Part shown: positions 55,769 through 64,000 of the stretch, in pieces
How positions within the stretch are numbered: the stretch's first letter is position 1
Layout: each line of letters opens with the position of its first letter
Assembly (NCBI GenBank): GCA_963774265.1
Contig: CAVZDU010000003.1
Span: 160,001-224,000, forward strand
DNA from: an uncultured Chloroflexia bacterium
Lineage (GTDB): Bacteria; Chloroflexota; Anaerolineae; CG2-30-64-16
Reading direction: 5' to 3'
DNA length: 64,000 nucleotides
Notes under the pieces: model-generated
Databases searched by the model: none
The model's input: only the letters and a program-made list of their open reading frames with translations
What the model was told of the DNA's origin: nothing
Made by a program: the position numbers and the translations under genes

Positions 55769-57559
55769 TTAGTCGAACCCGGTAAAGTCCGGGATGCGAC
55801 CAGTCCGTTTATCGAGTGCCTGCAGATCTTCGGCGCGTTCGTCCGCCTCTCGGAAGCCCATCGCCTTGTAGAACTCCATGTCGTAGCGCCGCGTCTGGAC
55901 GACGACCGGCATCGGCACGGCGTGGCCCAGGATGAGCGCCTGCTCCTGGGTGTCCAGCCGGGCCAGCACCTCGCGCAGCCCTCGCCGTCCGCTGACGCCC
56001 GACAGCACGGCCTTGATGTCCTCCGGGTTGTCCAGCAGCATCGTCACCCGCGTGCCGATCTGCGACATCACCTCCGGGTCGATGCCGCTGGGCCGCTGGT
56101 CGACGATGAAGAGCGTCACGTTGTACTTGCGCAGCTCGCGGGCGATGGTGCCGAAGATCGTGTTGCCGCGCGATGGTCGGGTCGAGGAACTTGTGCGCCT
56201 CCTCGATGGTGATCACCAGCGGGATGCGGCTCTTTGCCGGCCTCGCCGAACGACTCCTCTTTCCTCTCGACGTACTGCCGGTGGATGCGCCGGGTGAGGA
56301 AGTTCGCCACCAGGATGTATGCGCCGAGGTCCGAGCCGTAGCGGCCGAACTCCAGCACGACGTTGCGTGCCTGCCTCGATGTACTTCATGATCCGGCCCG
56401 ACCGAGTCGTCGAGCGCCTTCGGCTTGAGGAAGCAGTAGTTGCGCATCCGCTCGAAGCGGCGGCGCAGCGCGGCCAGGGTGTTCTGGCCCTGGCCGAGTG
56501 TCCTCGGCCAGCGCCTTCAGGCCTCTCGACTTCCTTGCCGGTGTCGGGGTCGAAGCCGCCGTAGGCGTCCACCCAGCCGTCGTCCAGGAAGTTGGTCAGC
56601 CAGTCGTGCCCGAACTTGCGGAAGAGCGCATAGACCGCGCCCACCTGCGGCTCGGAGAGGTTCAGGATGCCTGCCAGCATCTCCAGGTCCTCCGGCTCGA
56701 TCTGGTCGTAGCCGATGTTGACGGTGTAGTCGGGGTTGGAGCCGCGGCGCCGCGACGATTCATCGTCCAGGGTGAAGATGCTGACCTGGCCGGGGAAGAT
56801 CTGCTTGAGCCCCTTGACCCGGCTGATCTGCTCCGAGCTGCCCTCCCAGCCGTACTCGTTGTGCATGTCGAAGATCAGGTTGACCGCCACGCGCTCGCTG
56901 GATCACGCCTGCCAGCAGCAGCCGCGCGAGGAAGGTCTTGCCCGTGCCCGACTTGCCGAAGACGCCGCTCGAGCGCTCGACCAGCCGCTCCAGGTTCAGC
57001 GTGATCTTGACGCTCTCCATGTCCAGCGGCGCGCCGATGTGGAAGAAGTGCGCGTCCTTCGCGCCGACCTTGCGCTCACCCTCCTCGCCGAAGACCTGAT
57101 CGACCTCGGCCTGGCTGGCGGTGGAGACGGGCGTGAAGTGCTCCGGCACGGTCTTCACCGGCTTGGGCTCGTCCTTGCCCTCTTCTCCAGGATCAGCAGC
57201 GGGCTGAGGTGCACCGTGCCGAAGGTGGTCGTGCCCTGGTAGATGTCCGCCAGGAACGGGTCGGATAGTCGGGCGGCTGCTTGGCGATCATCGGGTTGGT
57301 GCTGTCGAGCGCCACATCGGTGATCATGCAGAAGAAGCGCGCGCTGCGCCCGCGCGCGACGACGTAGCGGCCCACGGCCAGCTCTTCGAGGGAGACTGCC
57401 GCGGTCGAGCTTGACCTCCAGCCCTTCGGACAGCGACCCGCCGATGACCACCCCAAGCTGCTCCCGCGCGCCGGCATTCGCCTTGAGTGCGGCCACTTCT
57501 TCGGCCCGCGACTTGAGATCGTCGAATGAGATGTCGGTATCGAGTGCGTTGTTCATCAT
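55769..57559 (-). CDS. herA: HerA-family ATPase/helicase with HAS barrel (apparent frameshifts)
   Basis: 'GVFGKSGTGKT', 'IFDMHNEYG', 'IEEAHKF', 'IARELRKY', 'VDQRPS'. Confidence 0.88.
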
Positions 57560-57584
57560 GCTTACGTCCGGGCGGTCTGTGCGA

Positions 57585-59087
57585 CTACAGCGTTTCGTAT
57601 TTCGTCGTCAGATAGTTGATATACGGCTCAATCGTCATCTCCCGCCCCGTCACGCGCGGGACGAGCTCTGCCGCGGTGAACTTCGCGCCGTGGCGATAGA
57701 TGTTTTCGCGCAGCCACCCGAGCAACACATCGAAGCGGCCCGCGCGTATCTCTGCCGGGATCTCCCCATGCGCTGCGAGCGCGGCATCGTAGAACATGCC
57801 GCTTAAGATGTTGCCCAGCGTGTAGCCCTGGAATGCGCCGCCGATGAACCCGCTGTACCAGTGAACGTCCTGCATGCAGCCATTCCTGTCGTTCGGCGGC
57901 TCGATGCCCAGGTCGCTGTGATATCGCGCGTTCCACGCGTCCGGCAAATCCTTGATGGACAGCTTGTCCTCGAGCATATCCAGCTCAAGGTCGAAGCGGA
58001 TCATCACATGGAGGTTATAGGTCAACTCATCGGCCTCGGTGCGGATGAGCGAGCGCTGGACCCTGTTGACCGCCTTGTGGAACGTGCTGAGCGATACATC
58101 GGCCAGTTGCGCGGGGAAGGTGGCCTGCGCCTTCGGGTAGGAGAGCTCCCAAAAACCAATGCTGCGGCCGACGATGTTCTCCCACAACCGCGATTGGCTT
58201 TCATGCACGCCTGAAGACGTGCCCTGGCCCAGCGGCCCCGCTTCGAAGGCAGGGCCGATGCCTTGCTCGTACATCGCGTGCCCCGCTTCGTGGATCGTGC
58301 TGAACAGCGAATAGCTGAGATCATGCTCGTCGATGCGTGTGGTGATGCGGATGTCGCCGGCACCCAGGCCGGTGGTGTACGGGTGCGCGCTCTTGTCCAG
58401 CCGGCCGCGGCCGAAGTCGTAACCGATCTGCCGGGCGATGTCCAGGTTGAACTGCCACTGCTCGGCCTCCGGGTAATGCTGCCGCAGGCAAGCATCGTCC
58501 GCCGGGGCCCGGGCGGTGACCCGGTCCACCAGGGGCGCGAGGCGCGCGCGCAGCTCCGCAAAGAGCGGGCGGATCACCGCAACGGTCATACCGTAGTCGG
58601 CCTCGTCGATCAGAGGATCCGCGACATGGGCGAAAGGCGCGAAATACTCGGCGTAGCGGCGGCTCAGTTCCACCGTCTTTTCGAGCAAGGGGCGCACCTT
58701 GCCAAAGTCATTCTCCGGACGGGCGTGCTCCCAGGTCACGTAGGACTGATTCTGGTGGCTGTACAACTCGGCGATGAACTGGGACGGGACTTTGACCGAG
58801 CGCTCGTACTCGCGCCGCGCCACGCGGAGATACGCCGCGTCGTCATGGTCGGGGGGCAGCGAGTTCGCGTAGGGCTGGAGCTCATCGAGCAGCCGGCCGT
58901 TCACCGGGTCGATGAATCGCTCGTGCGCCAGTTGGCCCAGCAATGCCAGCTGGCGGCCTCGCCCCTCCGCTCCGCCCGGGGGCATGTACGTGGTCTGATC
59001 CCAATACAGGACGCCGCCAGCGTTGCGCAGGTCGTAGACGTCGGTCAAACGTTTCTTGAGTTCCTGCAGTTTCTTTTCGGTCATCAT
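57585..59087 (-). CDS. Carboxypeptidase family M32 (Taq-like)
   Basis: 'WDQ.T.MP', 'HEAGHA.YEQ', 'HESQS', 'IRTEADE', 'QDVHW', 'YTLG'. Confidence 0.95.
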   Translation of the reverse strand: MMTEKKLQELKKRLTDVYDLRNAGGVLYWDQTTYMPPGGAEGRGRQLALLGQLAHERFIDPVNGRLLDELQPYANSLPPDHDDAAYLRVARREYERSVKVPSQFIAELYSHQNQSYVTWEHARPENDFGKVRPLLEKTVELSRRYAEYFAPFAHVADPLIDEADYGMTVAVIRPLFAELRARLAPLVDRVTARAPADDACLRQHYPEAEQWQFNLDIARQIGYDFGRGRLDKSAHPYTTGLGAGDIRITTRIDEHDLSYSLFSTIHEAGHAMYEQGIGPAFEAGPLGQGTSSGVHESQSRLWENIVGRSIGFWELSYPKAQATFPAQLADVSLSTFHKAVNRVQRSLIRTEADELTYNLHVMIRFDLELDMLEDKLSIKDLPDAWNARYHSDLGIEPPNDRNGCMQDVHWYSGFIGGAFQGYTLGNILSGMFYDAALAAHGEIPAEIRAGRFDVLLGWLRENIYRHGAKFTAAELVPRVTGREMTIEPYINYLTTKYETL

Positions 59088-59869
59088 TCTGTCTTCCGAT
59101 GCGCCTGGGTGGCCGTGGCCTGGGCCGACGCCAGGATGAGAATATCCTGGATGTTGACGTGTGGCGGTCGCGTGACTGCCCAGACGATCGCGTCCGCAAT
59201 GTCTTCGGGCGATAGGGGCTGCAAGCCCTGGTACACCTTCCTGGCGCGCTGCTCGTCGCCGTGGAAGCGTACGATGCTGAACTCCGTCTCCACCATGCCG
59301 GGCTCCACATTCGTGACGCGCACGCCGCTACCCAATAGATCGATCTTCAGAGCGCGGCTAAGCATACCAACCGCCGCCTTGGTCGCGCAATAAACGGTCC
59401 CGCCTGCATACGGATCGCGACCGGCCACCGACCCGATATTGACCACATGGCCGTGGCCCCGCTCGACCATGCCGGGGAGAATGGCGCGTGAGACATAGAG
59501 CAGGCCCTTGATGTTCGTGTCGACCATCTCGTCCCAGTCCTGGATGCTGCCCGCATGCAGCGGATTGAGGCCGCGCGAGAGACCCGCGTTGTTAACGAGC
59601 ACCGCGACCGCCTGCCACTCGGCAGGCAGATTGCCGAACGCGGCAGCCACGGCCTCCTGATCCCGCACATCGAGCGGGATGCACAACGATTCCGTGCCGT
59701 GCGCCGCTTTGAGCTCGCCCGCGAGTTCCTCCAGCCGTTCGATCCGCCGCGCAGCCAGGATCAAGCGCATGCCTTCTGTAGCCAACGCGCTGGCGCTGGC
59801 CATGCCGATGCCCGAGCTCGCGCCTGTGACGAGTGCTATCTGGCCGTTGAGTGAGGTCTTTGGTGACAT
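59084..59869 (-). CDS. SDR oxidoreductase (YdfG-like NADP-dependent 3-hydroxy acid dehydrogenase)
   Basis: 'TGASSGIG', 'NNAG', 'YCATK', 'EPGMVETEFS.VRF.GD'. Confidence 0.9.
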   Translation of the reverse strand: MSPKTSLNGQIALVTGASSGIGMASASALATEGMRLILAARRIERLEELAGELKAAHGTESLCIPLDVRDQEAVAAAFGNLPAEWQAVAVLVNNAGLSRGLNPLHAGSIQDWDEMVDTNIKGLLYVSRAILPGMVERGHGHVVNIGSVAGRDPYAGGTVYCATKAAVGMLSRALKIDLLGSGVRVTNVEPGMVETEFSIVRFHGDEQRARKVYQGLQPLSPEDIADAIVWAVTRPPHVNIQDILILASAQATATQAHRKTE

Positions 59870-59898
59870 GAATGGTGCTCCTCGATTGAATTCAGCTT

Positions 59899-60501
59899 TC
59901 AACGCAATTGCTTCAGTATACCGTCCAGGCGGGTTAGGTCCAATGCCAACAGCCGAGCCAACTCCCGGCCCGCGCTGATCAGGTACTGCTCGCGTTCCAT
60001 GAGTGACGGTCGCGCCTCACTCGCCATCCGCAACGCCGCGACGATGATCTGGTCGACGGGCGCATCGAGCGCCGGCAGAAGCAGCCTGATCCAGTCATGG
60101 CGCTCGGTGAAGCGCACCCATTCCGCGTTGTTGCAGGTGTAGATCTCGTCCAGCGTGCGGGGTGGCTGCGGCGGCAGGCGGTGATAGACAGCGTTTGCCT
60201 CGCCGTGGCCCACGATGATGACGTCCACGATGATGGGCACCTGGCGTTTTTGGCGCTGGTCTTCGATGATTTCCGCACTCTCCACACCCGCCGCGACCAA
60301 TTGGCGCACAAATGCGTCATCCTCGATGGTGACGTTGCAGGTCATGCCGTAGACGACGCGGCCGCTGCGGCCGGTCGCCTTTAGCAGCGCGCCGAGCTTC
60401 GGGGTCATTACGTCCTGTTCGGCGATGAGTTGGCGGCAGCCCACCGTGAAATTGGCCGTACTGGCGCGCAAGACGCGTCCGACCTGGATTTCTCCGTCCA
60501 T
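59899..60501 (-). CDS. NurA/HerA-associated HAS-barrel-like protein
   Basis: 'P.LG.L.K', 'RLPPQPP.TLD.I..C'; sits between nurA and herA. Confidence 0.6.
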   Translation of the reverse strand: MDGEIQVGRVLRASTANFTVGCRQLIAEQDVMTPKLGALLKATGRSGRVVYGMTCNVTIEDDAFVRQLVAAGVESAEIIEDQRQKRQVPIIVDVIIVGHGEANAVYHRLPPQPPRTLDEIYTCNNAEWVRFTERHDWIRLLLPALDAPVDQIIVAALRMASEARPSLMEREQYLISAGRELARLLALDLTRLDGILKQLR

Positions 60502-60502
60502 T

Positions 60503-61717
60503 TCATCTCCCTGGGGTGCGGCCGGTCATGAGCTTGTTGCTGGCCTTGACCGAAATCTCGGGCATGAGTCCGTTGCGCAGCATGACCTGCGTCAGGAGCG
60601 AATCGAGCTCCCCCTTGTCGCCTTGTGTGACCACTGCTAACTCGTGGGCGCGCGCGAGGACGTACGGGTAGGCCGTGGGCTCGCAATTGGCGTAGATGGC
60701 TGCCTGGGCCACGTCGAGCCAGTCGGGGCGGGCCGCGACCCAACCGGGCATCTCGATGCGGGCGACGGCTGAGCGCTCAGCCCGCGCTGGGTGTGCGAGA
60801 TTGAGATAGGCGAAGGCGACGCGATCGCCGTCAGACCTCGCCTGGTAGCGGTCGTTGGCATTCGTATAAGGCGTAAAGAGTCCAGTGCGCTCATTCGGAG
60901 CGAGGTCGCCGAAGAGAACCCGGTCCGTCAAGCCGATGAAACCTCCCCGGCGCAGAGCCTCGCGGGTGATCTTCTCGATGGGCAGGTTCAGCAGCTCGAG
61001 AATGCGCAGGACGAAAGCGCTGCCGGGCCGATCGACATAACCGATCGGGATGGCGTGGGCCTTACGCAGCCGGGCCAGTTGAGCGATCACGAAGTCGATC
61101 TCTTCGTTGATCCTGTCCGATCGCTGAGGATCGGGCCGCAACCAGGGGAGGAGCGGTCCGTCGACCAGCGCGACGATGGGCGTTGAAAGGTCGCCGCCCA
61201 GGGCCGCCCGTTCCAGTTCGGCCAATCTTGCCAGCGCCTCAATTTCGCGGCGGCTGCGGATCAGGCTGATGTCCTCGTTGCTGACGAGTTGACCTTCGTC
61301 GTCATAGACATCGTCGTCTTCGAAATGGATTTCGGGCGTACTATCGGTGGCAGGTGCAAGCCCGGAACCTTTGCGCAGAACGATAGTTCCCGTGTTAACA
61401 AGAAAATACGTCGTGATCGCATGGCGGTCCGGGAAGATCTGGCTTCCGTCCGCAGCGATGAGGATGACGTCAGCCGTTTCCATCGCAACGCGGCGGCGTT
61501 CGTCCAGCCGCTCGCCAAGCGGCTTGGCGCCGCGCCGCCATTCATCGATCTCGCGGGCCTTTTCGATCTTGCGATGCAGTTCTTCGGTCACGTGCGGGTT
61601 CGCGGCGAGTAGTCCCAGGGCTTCTGCGCCGCGCTTCTGAGCATCGTCCCGGCGCTGCGCTATTTTCTCGCCCATGGCATCCACCTGGCCGGTCAAGCGG
61701 TTCAATTCCAGGGTCAA
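60503..61717 (-). CDS. nurA: NurA nuclease
   Basis: 'AADGSQI.PDRH', 'LVDGPL', 'GYV', 'R.E.P.W', 'YPY.L.RAHE.AVV'. Confidence 0.9.
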   Translation of the reverse strand: MTLELNRLTGQVDAMGEKIAQRRDDAQKRGAEALGLLAANPHVTEELHRKIEKAREIDEWRRGAKPLGERLDERRRVAMETADVILIAADGSQIFPDRHAITTYFLVNTGTIVLRKGSGLAPATDSTPEIHFEDDDVYDDEGQLVSNEDISLIRSRREIEALARLAELERAALGGDLSTPIVALVDGPLLPWLRPDPQRSDRINEEIDFVIAQLARLRKAHAIPIGYVDRPGSAFVLRILELLNLPIEKITREALRRGGFIGLTDRVLFGDLAPNERTGLFTPYTNANDRYQARSDGDRVAFAYLNLAHPARAERSAVARIEMPGWVAARPDWLDVAQAAIYANCEPTAYPYVLARAHELAVVTQGDKGELDSLLTQVMLRNGLMPEISVKASNKLMTGRTPGR

Positions 61718-61733
61718 CGACTCCTCCGTTAGC

Positions 61734-61747
61734 CGAACAGATATTCG
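61734..61747. promoter_or_regulatory. Putative LexA (SOS) box, GAAC-N4-GTTC type
   Basis: CGAACAGATATTCG lies between a minus-strand TATAAT (61753-61758) and the nurA RBS. Confidence 0.6.
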
Positions 61748-61856
61748 TCGGCATTATAACGTGAGGTTGCGCTGCACGCAAGCGATTGACAAATCGCGGC
61801 CACTGGCTTAGAATTCATATATAGGCTTTTTTTGCTTTAGACTAAGGAGCATCCTC

Positions 61857-64000
61857 ATGGCCGAACCTCTCCGCTCTTCAGTGGGGCAGTTCAGCAGCTC
61901 GGGCGGGCGTTGGCAGCCGCGCGGCCAGAACCTGCGCGCGGTTGAACCGGCGCTCGATCATCCGCGGGCGGAACGGGGCAGCCTGTACATTCTCATCGAG
62001 GTGACCGGCGCTGGCGGCGGTCACGCGGCCCTGTATCGACAACTTCTGACCGCAGCCCAGACGGCTTTCTATGAAGTAGGCGACACCGTGGAGGTCGCGT
62101 TGCGACAGGCGGTCCGCGAGGTGCAGGCCGTTCTACGGCGCGCCAACGAGGCGCTGCCCGAGGCGCAATGGCGCGCGGGGCTGAGCATGGTGGTGCGCTA
62201 CGGTCCTCACCTGGTCATTGGCCAGGCTGGGCCTGCGCTGCTGTTGGTCAGTCACCCCAAGACCGTAGACGTGTTCCCCGCCAAGCAGGGCGAGTCTGGC
62301 CCTGCGCTGGGTGGTCTGGAGCGTCCCGAGATGGTCGTCTACGACGGCAACGTCGAGCCGGGCAGCATGGTGCTGATGGCGCAGAGCGACTGGACAGAGC
62401 AGGCCAAACTGGAGGCGCTGGCTGTAGCCGCGGCTGCTCCGAGCGTGAGTCAGGCGACGCAATACCTGGGCCAACTGGCCGGCCGCGCCGACCTGAGCGC
62501 GTTACTCATCGCGTTCGATTATGACATCCCTTCTGTAAAGGCAGGTGCGGACGGCCTCAGACCCCTTGAGGGTGGCGCAACCGGCGTTATGGCAGAGGCT
62601 GAACAGCCCCCGGCTGAACCTGTCAGGCCGCAGGGCAAGGGATTGTTCGGCGGGTTGTTTGGCAGGGGTCGGCCGGCAGAGCGCGTTGAGCCGGAAACAG
62701 CCGAGGAGGCGCGGCTCGACACGGAGAGGGAGCTGGAATCCGAACCTGAGCTTGAAGTCATCATTCCGTCTGCGGTGAAGCCAACGATCACACCGTCATC
62801 CCCTGCCGTCATATCCGAGCCAGCCCCATCGCTCGAGGAGAGACGCGCTGCCGCGGCAGCTGAGGAACGCCAGCGAACGGCGTGGGAGCAGAGAGTCGCA
62901 GTGGAGTCCGAGGCGCCCGACGCGGCGGAGTCCGCACCCCTCGAATCGGAGCCGCTGGAGCTGTCCGCACCTCCGCGCCGCAGCGCGTGGCCGCTTGTGC
63001 TGGCTTTGATCTTTATCCCCCTGTTGATCGTGGCTGTCGTGGTGGGCATGTTGTTCGCCCGCACACGTGCCGCGGATGCCCAGTTTGCCGAAGTGCTGGC
63101 GGGAGCAAACAACGTCATCAGCCAGGCCGAGCAATCCGCCGACGATGCCATCGCAGCCCAGCGGCTCGCAGGGGCCAAGGAGTTCCTGGATCAGGCCAAG
63201 GCGCTGCGACCGAACGATGCCCAGTTGACCGAGATGGTTACCCGCTACGAAAACCTGGTCATGCGAGTGGAGAAGATTACTCCTTTGTATGGGATCGTGC
63301 CGCTGTGGCCGTTCAAGGCGGAGGCAGGCCATCAACTCGACCGCGTGATGGTGACCGGCGAATCGGTGTTTGTCCTGGACAGGGCGACTAACCAGGTCAA
63401 TCGCTTCACCCGCTCGACATTGGGTGACAGCGTCAAACCCGCGGGCGACAGACCAGTGGTGCAAAAGGGCGACCCGGTGGGTGATAAGACTCTTGGCGAC
63501 CTGATCGACATGACGTGGATCGACGCGGCAACCGCGAACCAGCGGAGCATGTTGCACGTGCTAGACGCGACCGGTGAGCTGGTGGGCTATGATGAAGTGT
63601 ACGGGCAGAAGCGGCTCATCATCAACCGGGCGAAGTGGGTCACGGCGCAGCTCATCTCGGGGTACAACGGCAACCTGTACGTGGCCGATCCTGGTGCGGA
63701 TCAAGTCTGGCGTTATGCTCCGACTGCGAACGGCTACGAAGGCGAACCCACCGCCTGGTTTGAGGATGCCAAAAAGCCTGATATGGCGGGCCTGGTTGGT
63801 ATGGCCATCGATGGACACATCTGGTTGCTGCACTCGGACGGCCGGCTGCTAAAATTCTTGAGCGGCGAACAACGTTCATTTGTGTTGGATCAGCTACCGA
63901 CCCCGCTCAACGGCCCAACTGCGTTGGCACTGTCGCAGGAAGGGGACCGGTTGTATGTGGCTGACCCCGGCAATAGCCGCATCATCGAGGCGACCAAGGA
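61857..64000 (+). CDS. Large membrane-anchored protein: degenerate PP2C-like N-terminal domain, acidic/Pro linker, TM helix, beta-propeller-like (NHL) C-terminus; runs off the window
   Basis: AAGGAG RBS and ATG 61857 (absent from the ORF track because it has no stop in the window); 'LVIGQAGPA', TM 'WPLVLALIFIPLLIVAVVVGMLF', 'LYVAD', 'IDGHIW', 'LYVADPGNSRI'. Confidence 0.75.
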   Translation, partial: MAEPLRSSVGQFSSSGGRWQPRGQNLRAVEPALDHPRAERGSLYILIEVTGAGGGHAALYRQLLTAAQTAFYEVGDTVEVALRQAVREVQAVLRRANEALPEAQWRAGLSMVVRYGPHLVIGQAGPALLLVSHPKTVDVFPAKQGESGPALGGLERPEMVVYDGNVEPGSMVLMAQSDWTEQAKLEALAVAAAAPSVSQATQYLGQLAGRADLSALLIAFDYDIPSVKAGADGLRPLEGGATGVMAEAEQPPAEPVRPQGKGLFGGLFGRGRPAERVEPETAEEARLDTERELESEPELEVIIPSAVKPTITPSSPAVISEPAPSLEERRAAAAAEERQRTAWEQRVAVESEAPDAAESAPLESEPLELSAPPRRSAWPLVLALIFIPLLIVAVVVGMLFARTRAADAQFAEVLAGANNVISQAEQSADDAIAAQRLAGAKEFLDQAKALRPNDAQLTEMVTRYENLVMRVEKITPLYGIVPLWPFKAEAGHQLDRVMVTGESVFVLDRATNQVNRFTRSTLGDSVKPAGDRPVVQKGDPVGDKTLGDLIDMTWIDAATANQRSMLHVLDATGELVGYDEVYGQKRLIINRAKWVTAQLISGYNGNLYVADPGADQVWRYAPTANGYEGEPTAWFEDAKKPDMAGLVGMAIDGHIWLLHSDGRLLKFLSGEQRSFVLDQLPTPLNGPTALALSQEGDRLYVADPGNSRIIEATK

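Overview
GC-rich bacterial chromosomal window. Gene content and repeat types suggest Chloroflexota (Anaerolineae/Caldilineae-like); this is an inference. Many conserved genes carry 1-nt frameshifts that look like assembly errors. From left to right it contains: a GT-C/GT2/GT4 glycosylation block with gmd-rmd-manB; a UxaA-family dehydratase; a ~4.1-kb integron remnant (truncated intI, attI, an arr cassette with an intact attC, a second cassette, an IS1182-family element sitting in an attC half, toxin-antitoxin debris) bracketed by 85-bp inverted repeats; a selenium-associated cysteine desulfurase/DUF3343/YedF-like operon; a SAM-I-riboswitch operon (mtnA, orphan DNA methyltransferase, adenosine kinase, ahcY, metK); DoxX; a di-haem cytochrome c peroxidase; an ISAs1-family IS; a GEVED surface protein; pyrG-yebC-ruvC-ruvA-trmH; dinG; a FabH-like enzyme; glgX; PrsW; a DUF1998 helicase; two AspT/YidE paralogues flanking a LysM protein and a multicopper oxidase; and a nurA-herA-sbcD operon with a LexA-like box. 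The strongest candidate for a new system is the leader of the selenium operon (16162-16416). It holds a promoter, a short leader ORF ending in UGA followed by a SECIS-like hairpin, a 19-bp antiterminator and an intrinsic terminator, which together suggest a selenocysteine-sensing ribosomal attenuator.
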